IMG/VR virus record: IMGVR_UViG_3300028048_000066 | Coordinates: 1-64,000 of that record | Strand: one strand, 5' to 3' | DNA length: 64,000 nt | DNA from: a virus | Lineage: Duplodnaviria; Caudoviricetes | Part shown: positions 7,286-14,807 of the stretch, one piece after another | How the letters are laid out: each line of letters opens with the position of its first letter | How positions within the stretch are numbered: position 1 is the stretch's first letter | The notes under the pieces: generated by a model | Told to the model about the DNA's origin: nothing | What the model saw: the letters and a program-made list of their open reading frames with translations, nothing else | Database searches by the model: none | Position numbers and translations under genes: made by a program

Positions 7286-10117
7286 ATGAAATTAGAAAAG
7301 GTAAATTTAAGAGAAAACAGAATCCTAACAGAAGGCACTAAGTATGATAAACAAGCAGCAAAGATACTTTCAGATTCTGGTTTATTTGATGCAGAAACAA
7401 GCGAAAAGATAATCAATGCTTTATTTAGAGAAGACATTCACGCATTTGTTCACGCACCTAACTGGTTAGAGAAATACTTAAAAGGTATTGCTAGAATGAT
7501 AGTTGAAGAATCAAACGGTGATACAAATAAAGCAAGAGAGTTCTTAATGGAATGTCCTAGTGTATTTGATGAGTATTTAACTTGGATTAGAGAAACTAGA
7601 GATAAAATAGAAGACCAAAAGGAAAAAGAAAAACTTGATGCTGAATTTGTAAACACTATGCATTATAAAGATGTAAAAGATACATTAGAAGATATTCAAG
7701 CACAAAGAGATGAGCAATCAAGACAAGAACTTGCAAATATGAAGTTCAAACAATCAGATTATACATTAGTTCCAATTGATTCATATGAGCAAATGCACGA
7801 CACATATGGTGGTCATTGGACTGGAGATGGTTCTTCTGATAAGTATGCTGGTGGTGGCGGAACTGCTTGGTGTCATACAAACAATAAAGGTGTATATGAC
7901 AGTTGGGTAAGTGGTGGAAATAAGTTCTTTGTATTGCAACATAACGACTGGAAAGATATACCATTCAACCCAAAAACAAATAAAGAAGAAAAAGGTAAGG
8001 ATGCTTATGGTAATTCTTTAATTGCTTTAAGAATATCTCCAAAAGGAAAGATACTAAATGCAACATTAAGATGTAACCACACAGGTGTTCCAGATTTAGC
8101 AGATAACCAATATCGTACTTATTCTGATTTATCAAAATTAGCAGGATTTAATGTTGAAGATGAAATGAAAAAATATTATGACATTAAACCGTTTGATATG
8201 AAGTCATTATTCAAAATAGATGGAAATGGCGTGATGAATCGTGACTATGATTATTATAGAGAGTGGGCAGAAGAGGGCAGTGAAATTACTAAGGTTGTAA
8301 TTCCAGATGGAGTTATAGCATTAGGTGATAGTGTATTTTCTGATTTTCGTTCACTAAAAGAGGTAAAACTTCCAAGCAGTCTTAAAATAATTGGTAGTAA
8401 TGCCTTTTATAATTGTAGTAGTTTAGAGAACATAGACTTACAAGGAATTGAAGTTATTGATGAATATGCTTTTAGAGGATGTAGGCAATTAAGTGCTATT
8501 ACACTTCCAAGCACCATAACAACACTTGAAAATGGTATATTTAATAATTGTGAAAAATTAAAGAGCATAAATATTGAGTGTAGTTTGACTGAATTACCTG
8601 CAGGCATTTTCTATTACTGCTCAGGTTTAGAGTCTATACAATTACCTGAAACATTGGAACTTATTGGAAATGCAGCATTAGGTGGAACAAGCATAAAAGA
8701 GATAACAATTCCAAACGGGGTTACAATTATAGCAGATAATGCATTTGTTTCTTGTAAGAATTTAGAAAAAATAAATTTACCAGAAGGTTTAAAGAGCATT
8801 GGTCGTTCTGCATTTTCTGGTGATGTTTTATTAACTGAAATTGATATTCCTGCTGGTGTCACTACTATTGGGGCTGAAGCATTCCTGGGGAGTGGAATTA
8901 AAAAAATAAATCTTCCTGCTGGAATAAAAGAAATTCCATACTGTGCATTTAATAATAGTGCTATTAGTGAAATTGAGATTCCAAATGGTGTTGAATCAAT
9001 TGGTGAGAGGGCATTCTCCTCATCTTCTCTTATAAAAGTAACAATACCAAGTTCTGTTAAAAAAATAGAAAGTGGAGCATTCTATTATTCATCATTAGAA
9101 GGGACTCTTAAATTACCAGAAGGACTTAATGAAATTGGTGATTATGCATTTAATAGTTGTTCAAACTTAACAGAAATTGAAGTACCAAACAGTGTAAACA
9201 AACTTGTTGGTAATCCATTTGATTGGCATACTATAATAAGAACAGACAATGATTATGTGGTTGAATATTGTATAAATAGAGGCCTTACAGTTGTATCTGA
9301 AAATCAACCAAAAGGAAGACCATATGTAATTTATACAAGAGATGATTATTTAAGAAAATATGGTGATGAAGATATTTCTTTTGAAGATTTTGTAGACAAA
9401 GCATTAAAAGAAATCTATAAGAAATTAGCATTTGTACAAGTTGATAAAGACACATATAACATTGTTGGTAGAAACTTTGTAGATGCTTCTAAACTTCAAA
9501 CATTATTAAAGCATCTTACATCTGGTGATAGAGAAGATGGATATGAAGTTAGATATATTAACAATGAAAATGAATCACTAAATTCAAATGAAAAAACAGA
9601 ACAACTTCAAGAAAAGATTGTAAAGAAGGGTTCTAAATATCAAGTACAAAGTGAAAAAGGAAGAAATCTTGGAACTTATGATACAAAAGAAGAAGCAGAG
9701 AAGAGATTAAAACAAGTAGAGTACTTTAAGCATAAAGATGATATTAAAGAAGCAGTACAAGACCAACCTCTAAAGTCTAATGGAATTTATTCAGTAAAAG
9801 AAGATAAATGGATAAAAGAACCAGTACAAACAGATATTCCAGATATTGACTATGATGCTTTTGAAGAACAATTCAAGGGTTGGGAAGATAGATATTTTGA
9901 TTTAGTAGAGAATGCAGGAGTATCTAATGTAGAAAAGATAGCAGAGATTGAGAACTTAATTGAAGACTTATATAATTTAAGAAAAGAAAGTCTTGCAAAA
10001 GATGGAGAGTATGCTATAGGAAATCTAGTATTTAAAGAAGCAAGAAACTTAGGATACCTAGATGAATTAAAAGAATTAAAAAACGAGTTAAAGAGTAAAG
10101 AATTAAGTTTAGAATAA
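7286..10117 (+). CDS. Polyprotein: PcfJ-like, BspA-type leucine-rich repeats, small beta-beta-alpha module, C-terminal half of the nucleotidyltransferase
   Basis: TAWCHT motif; about 23-aa LP..L..IG..AF..C..L..I repeats (about 8280-9230); C-terminal SNGIYS..KWIKEP..RKESLAKDGEYAIGNLVFKEARNLGYL. Confidence 0.75.
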   Translation: MKLEKVNLRENRILTEGTKYDKQAAKILSDSGLFDAETSEKIINALFREDIHAFVHAPNWLEKYLKGIARMIVEESNGDTNKAREFLMECPSVFDEYLTWIRETRDKIEDQKEKEKLDAEFVNTMHYKDVKDTLEDIQAQRDEQSRQELANMKFKQSDYTLVPIDSYEQMHDTYGGHWTGDGSSDKYAGGGGTAWCHTNNKGVYDSWVSGGNKFFVLQHNDWKDIPFNPKTNKEEKGKDAYGNSLIALRISPKGKILNATLRCNHTGVPDLADNQYRTYSDLSKLAGFNVEDEMKKYYDIKPFDMKSLFKIDGNGVMNRDYDYYREWAEEGSEITKVVIPDGVIALGDSVFSDFRSLKEVKLPSSLKIIGSNAFYNCSSLENIDLQGIEVIDEYAFRGCRQLSAITLPSTITTLENGIFNNCEKLKSINIECSLTELPAGIFYYCSGLESIQLPETLELIGNAALGGTSIKEITIPNGVTIIADNAFVSCKNLEKINLPEGLKSIGRSAFSGDVLLTEIDIPAGVTTIGAEAFLGSGIKKINLPAGIKEIPYCAFNNSAISEIEIPNGVESIGERAFSSSSLIKVTIPSSVKKIESGAFYYSSLEGTLKLPEGLNEIGDYAFNSCSNLTEIEVPNSVNKLVGNPFDWHTIIRTDNDYVVEYCINRGLTVVSENQPKGRPYVIYTRDDYLRKYGDEDISFEDFVDKALKEIYKKLAFVQVDKDTYNIVGRNFVDASKLQTLLKHLTSGDREDGYEVRYINNENESLNSNEKTEQLQEKIVKKGSKYQVQSEKGRNLGTYDTKEEAEKRLKQVEYFKHKDDIKEAVQDQPLKSNGIYSVKEDKWIKEPVQTDIPDIDYDAFEEQFKGWEDRYFDLVENAGVSNVEKIAEIENLIEDLYNLRKESLAKDGEYAIGNLVFKEARNLGYLDELKELKNELKSKELSLE

Positions 10118-10118
10118 G

Positions 10119-10133
10119 TGCTAAATTAAATGA
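10119..10133 (+). promoter_or_regulatory. Putative late promoter TGCTAAATTAAATGA
   Basis: Exact motif copy. Confidence 0.8.
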
Positions 10134-10155
10134 TTAAGTAATAAGAGGTAAATAT

Positions 10156-12303
10156 ATGTCAAAAGAAGTAAAGAAAAGCAATGTAAAGGAATTACCTGGT
10201 CTTAATGGCAATGCTTATTCTGCAAGTAGATATTTATATACAAACATCAAGAAAAGACCTTTAGTAGTTGAATCAAAGAAACAAAAGAAGTTAAATGAAA
10301 AGATTACTTATGAGTTTGATGATAATGGTGGAATTATTGTTTTATCTACTGATGTAAATGCACAACAACTTTCACAAAACAAGTTAATGAATTGGATTAA
10401 GAAGAAAGTTGCAACATTAAAGAATAGAGTTAGTGCAGATAAAAACATCAAGAATGCGGTACTTAATAATGTTCCAGAAACAGGTTGGACAGTAGGTAAG
10501 TATTTAAGAGGAAGATACCACGCAGCAGATGGTAGTGATTTTGATGAAAACTCATTATCAGTTGAATTACTTGGACTACCTACAGATGTTTTAGTTAGTA
10601 TTGCAGAGGACTTATGTAATGAGTTCAAGCAAGAATCAGTTATAGTTAAAGACTACAATAAAAACAAAGTATATATTGTAAATGGTGAAAAAGAGGTAAA
10701 AGAGGAAAGTATGAACGAAGATTATTGGCAAAACACAAGTCACTCAGCAAGAGTTAGAGAGTATGAAGATGGAACAAAAGAGTTATATTCTTATGGAACA
10801 CTTATTGCAACAATCAAACCAGATGGAGATGTTGAATTAACAAGATATTGGGACTATTCCAGAACAACAGGACAACACTTAAGAGATTTCTTGAGAAAGT
10901 ATGGCATTGGAAATTATGGTGCATCTAAAGATATTTACAATGACCTTATAAGAAAGAGAAAGGTAAAGACAGATAACATTGAATTAAGAAAAGCATCAGC
11001 ACTAGACAATGCAATAGAGTGTATTAGATTTGGTGATGGTGATAAAGATGAATGTGACTGGTGTGGACTAAGTGAAAAAGACTTTGATGAAATTTGGAAA
11101 CAAGCAAAGAAAGAAGTAAGAGAATTAAATAAGAAAAAGAAAAATAATACAAATAAGAAGGAAGATAAAGAAATGAAAGAAGCAAAGTACACACAAAGAC
11201 CAGAGAAGTTAATCAAAGAGTCTAAAGATGAGTTTGATATTAAAGACTATTTAGACATTGAGTTAGAAGATGATAATTCAGGTGAAGGTGGAATTGAGTT
11301 TGAAGGTGAAACCGTAAGAGATTTTATTGGATATTGTGGTTATGATGAAGATGGAAATTTTGATGTAGAAAATGCAGATGAATATTGTAAACCAATAACA
11401 TCATTGAAGCAATTAAATAAAGAATTAAAGGACTGTGGTATTAAACCTTTGAAATCAAAGAAATCCATTAAAGAAGATTTTGAAGATGTTGAGTACGAAG
11501 AAGAAATTGAGTTTTTTGGTGGTGATGAAGGTGATTTAGATGTAGAAGACTTCATAAGTGAAAACGAAGATTGGTTATCATCTGATTATGAAGATTATTA
11601 CTATGACTGGGATGATTATAGAAAGGGATATGTTTTATATGGTATAGTTAATAAAGTTAAAGATTTGTCTGATGATGAATTACTTGATTATATTGTAGAC
11701 AACTTTGAAGAAATTACAGGTAAACCAGTAGATGTTGTATATAATGAGTATGATGAGAATGATGATGCACAACCAATATTTGACCAAGATGGAATTGATG
11801 CAACAAGTGATAAAATAAGAGATTTCTTGTCAACAATAGCAAAAAAATCAGATAGAGAAATTGATGATTTATTTTATAAGTTAGATGATATTTTGACAGA
11901 TAGATTGTCTGAATCTTGTGAAAAGAAGTCAATTAAAGAAGGTAGAGCACAAATTTATCAAGATATGGAAGATGAGTACTTTGATGCATTAGCAAAAGCA
12001 GAAAAAAGTGGAAATGTAGAATACTGCGTTTTAACAGATACAGATGAAGAATGCTTTGGTAATTTTAAAAAGGCAGTTGAATTTGCAAAGAAAAATGGTG
12101 TAGATGAAATTGAAATCAAACCTTTTACAGTCAATCTTGGATACAACTATTTCTTAGATGATTATGACACAGAAGATTACAAAGGTGTTATTGTTGATTT
12201 AGATATGAATATTATTGATTATCTTGATGAGTCTTGCAAATCAAAGAAACTTACAAAGAAAGTAGTAAGAGAGAGCAAAGCAAATAAAAACAATAAGAAA
12301 TAA
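10156..12303 (+). CDS. Acidic modular polyprotein, candidate internal virion protein
   Basis: GAGGT RBS; many [ILVM]xE[SADG] sites; modules include ..LCNEFKQESVIVKD and LYSYGTLIA..YSRTTGQH. Confidence 0.75.
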   Translation: MSKEVKKSNVKELPGLNGNAYSASRYLYTNIKKRPLVVESKKQKKLNEKITYEFDDNGGIIVLSTDVNAQQLSQNKLMNWIKKKVATLKNRVSADKNIKNAVLNNVPETGWTVGKYLRGRYHAADGSDFDENSLSVELLGLPTDVLVSIAEDLCNEFKQESVIVKDYNKNKVYIVNGEKEVKEESMNEDYWQNTSHSARVREYEDGTKELYSYGTLIATIKPDGDVELTRYWDYSRTTGQHLRDFLRKYGIGNYGASKDIYNDLIRKRKVKTDNIELRKASALDNAIECIRFGDGDKDECDWCGLSEKDFDEIWKQAKKEVRELNKKKKNNTNKKEDKEMKEAKYTQRPEKLIKESKDEFDIKDYLDIELEDDNSGEGGIEFEGETVRDFIGYCGYDEDGNFDVENADEYCKPITSLKQLNKELKDCGIKPLKSKKSIKEDFEDVEYEEEIEFFGGDEGDLDVEDFISENEDWLSSDYEDYYYDWDDYRKGYVLYGIVNKVKDLSDDELLDYIVDNFEEITGKPVDVVYNEYDENDDAQPIFDQDGIDATSDKIRDFLSTIAKKSDREIDDLFYKLDDILTDRLSESCEKKSIKEGRAQIYQDMEDEYFDALAKAEKSGNVEYCVLTDTDEECFGNFKKAVEFAKKNGVDEIEIKPFTVNLGYNYFLDDYDTEDYKGVIVDLDMNIIDYLDESCKSKKLTKKVVRESKANKNNKK

Positions 12304-12326
12304 TAGTAATAATAATGTATAAAAAT

Positions 12327-12359
12327 AAATAGAGTGTTTAGAAGTAGGCACTCTATTTT
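12327..12359 (+). terminator. Rho-independent terminator
   Basis: AAATAGAGTGTTTA-GAAG-TAGGCACTCTATTT. Confidence 0.8.
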
Positions 12360-12381
12360 AATAATTATAGAGAAATATTGT

Positions 12382-12396
12382 TGCTAAATTAAATGA
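12382..12396 (+). promoter_or_regulatory. Putative late promoter TGCTAAATTAAATGA
   Basis: Exact motif copy upstream of the neck gene. Confidence 0.8.
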
Positions 12397-12421
12397 TAGA
12401 AGAATAGCATAGGAGAAATAT

Positions 12422-13144
12422 ATGACATTACAAGAATATGTAGACTTTATAAAGTTCCAATTAACTGGCGGTGTGTTAGAATTAGAGATTTCTGATGATG
12501 CAATTGGAAATGCAGTTAAGATAGCATTAAAAGAAGTTCAAAGATATATTGACACAACAAAGTTAATTACTGTTCCTTATGCTTCTTGTATAGACCTAAA
12601 GGATTTCAAATGTAGTTCTATTGTAAAGGTTTATAGAACAGAAGGATACACAGGAGATGCAGGAACTGATGGATTTATTGAAGGCAGTGCAATAGACCCA
12701 ATGTATGTTCAGAGATGGATGGCATTCTCTGCTGGTGGTACTATGTATAACTTAAATAACTACTTATTGAATTATATGAGTTATAATACACTACTCCAAA
12801 TGAGAAATACAACCACAACTGATATGGCATTTAAAATAGATAAAACTGCTGATAAGTTATATATAAATGCTGGTTACGATTATCCAAAGAGTGTTACATT
12901 AGAGTATGTTCCTATTTATGATACTGTTGATGAAGTAACAAGTGATTATTGGATTGATATTTTAGAAAGATATTCACTTGCTATAACAAAGACTATTTTA
13001 GGAAGAATTAGAACAAGATACACACAATCTAATGCTTTATGGACACAAGATGGAGAAAGAATGTTAGAAGAAGGCAATAATGAACTTTCAGCATTAAGAG
13101 AAATATTAAGAACAAATAGTACATTGTTCTATCCAGTAGACTAA
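12422..13144 (+). CDS. Neck / head-tail adaptor (T4 gp13-like)
   Basis: N-terminal IKFQL.GGVLELEISDDAI..A...AL and C-terminal LGRIR.RY..DGERMLEEG..EL resemble gp13. Confidence 0.7.
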   Translation: MTLQEYVDFIKFQLTGGVLELEISDDAIGNAVKIALKEVQRYIDTTKLITVPYASCIDLKDFKCSSIVKVYRTEGYTGDAGTDGFIEGSAIDPMYVQRWMAFSAGGTMYNLNNYLLNYMSYNTLLQMRNTTTTDMAFKIDKTADKLYINAGYDYPKSVTLEYVPIYDTVDEVTSDYWIDILERYSLAITKTILGRIRTRYTQSNALWTQDGERMLEEGNNELSALREILRTNSTLFYPVD

Positions 13145-13161
13145 TTAAACAGGAGTTATAA

Positions 13162-14778
13162 ATGAGAAATTGTATTTATTTAACAGATGATTTATATAAG
13201 TTCAACACACTTAGTGAAGCATTAAATCACGCACACAAAAACCCAGAAGTCACAAAGATTACAGCAAGAGAAATCTATAATGTCTGTGATGAAGATTTAA
13301 GAGAAGAAGTTGTTTGGGTTAGAAATGAACTAAACGAAAAGAAAGCAAAACTACCTAATGTTATCACAGTTAAAGCAAAAGATTTATTAAGAAAGAACCT
13401 TATTTGTAATGATGACTTAGATAAAATTGAAGACAAAGATGTATTTAATAAAGTAACATCTAAAGTTGGAGATTATTTAGATAACAAGATGGGAAAGGAT
13501 GGAACTTGGAGCAGTTTTGTTATTTCAGTAGAAAGAGATAAAAACGATAAACCAGTAAACTTTGTATGTTCTGGCATTGAGTGGGAAGATGATTCTGTAG
13601 ATGAAGCATCTAAAGTCAATGAAGCATTAGCAAGTGGTAATATAGAAAAAGCAAAAGAACTACAAGATGAACAAGATGCTTTATATGATGAAGCAGATTA
13701 CTGTGATGACCACAATCAACCAGAGAGAGCAATTAGAAGTAGACACGAAGCAAACAAACTCCAAAAGAAAATTGATGAATCACAAGAATTAACAGAATCA
13801 GAAAACAATGTTAAGAATTTAATCTGGTCTAATTATTATGATGACATAGATGTAGATGCTTGGAGAGATGTTTTCGCTGATGAAATTTCTTATGATTATG
13901 ACCTTGATAATCCAGAAGAAAAAGAAGAGTATGAAGCAAGAGTAAATGATGACGATGAAGTTTTTGATTGGGCTATTGGGATGAACAATGACCAATTTGA
14001 AGAAGAAGTTTATATGTTATCTGACATTGAATATCCAAAAGGAATTTTAGTTATAGCAGATTTAGGTTTGTGGAATGGAAATGTTACTGGATATAAAGTT
14101 ATAGAATCAGGAAAACTTGAAGATTGTTTTGAATCAGAAGATGACTATGTAAGATGGTATGTAGACAATGATGATGAATTTGCATATGATGGTTCAAATC
14201 ACGATGGTTCAAATCACTATATTTATAGAGCAATAAGAGAAGATGCAGATGAAGAACTTCTTGATAAACTCTATGATACAATTTATAATGGAAAGTATAG
14301 AAGTAATAGAGGAACTGGTACAGGACAAACAATAAATAAACTTATGTTAGATGAATGTACTAGAAAGATTGGACCAGATATTTTAAGAGAATATGGTATT
14401 GAAGAAGGACTTAAAGAAGGAAAGAAAAAGAAGAAGAAAGACAAAGTAAGATTTGTTGGTAATCCAGAAAAAGAGATTGCATTCTTCAATAATGCTATGG
14501 GAAACCAAGTAGCAACAGCAGATGGTGGTGTTGGTGCAGTATCTATGGGTGAATCAATTGAATCAGATTATCAAAAGATATTAGATAAGCACAACATTGG
14601 TAAGAGTTCTTTTGTTCCTAGCACATCAAGAGAGTGGTGTGATTTAAAGATTATATCAGACACAGATACTTGGGCAGAAGATGAACCAAACTTTACACCT
14701 GAGTTTAGAAAAGATGTTAAGAGTTTTATTAGAAGAAACAAAGACTTCTTCAATAAAGTTGAAAAAGATAATAAATAA
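13162..14778 (+). CDS. Acidic modular polyprotein
   Basis: AGGAG RBS; LNEK, VDEA, VNEA, IDES/LTES, IEEG/LKEG and MGESIES motifs; IADLGLWNG..GYK..HDGSNHY module. Confidence 0.75.
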   Translation: MRNCIYLTDDLYKFNTLSEALNHAHKNPEVTKITAREIYNVCDEDLREEVVWVRNELNEKKAKLPNVITVKAKDLLRKNLICNDDLDKIEDKDVFNKVTSKVGDYLDNKMGKDGTWSSFVISVERDKNDKPVNFVCSGIEWEDDSVDEASKVNEALASGNIEKAKELQDEQDALYDEADYCDDHNQPERAIRSRHEANKLQKKIDESQELTESENNVKNLIWSNYYDDIDVDAWRDVFADEISYDYDLDNPEEKEEYEARVNDDDEVFDWAIGMNNDQFEEEVYMLSDIEYPKGILVIADLGLWNGNVTGYKVIESGKLEDCFESEDDYVRWYVDNDDEFAYDGSNHDGSNHYIYRAIREDADEELLDKLYDTIYNGKYRSNRGTGTGQTINKLMLDECTRKIGPDILREYGIEEGLKEGKKKKKKDKVRFVGNPEKEIAFFNNAMGNQVATADGGVGAVSMGESIESDYQKILDKHNIGKSSFVPSTSREWCDLKIISDTDTWAEDEPNFTPEFRKDVKSFIRRNKDFFNKVEKDNK

Positions 14779-14807
14779 GAAATAAACTATATATAGGAGA
14801 AATAAAT

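Noticed and set aside
7286-9751. Intein or intron as the explanation for the split NTase
   Set aside because: No C/S...HN splice motifs and no homing endonuclease; the insert is fully coding and has its own start codon.
14188-14217. 15-bp direct repeat GATGGTTCAAATCAC x2 (DGSNH DGSNH)
   Set aside because: A single in-frame local duplication with no evidence of function.
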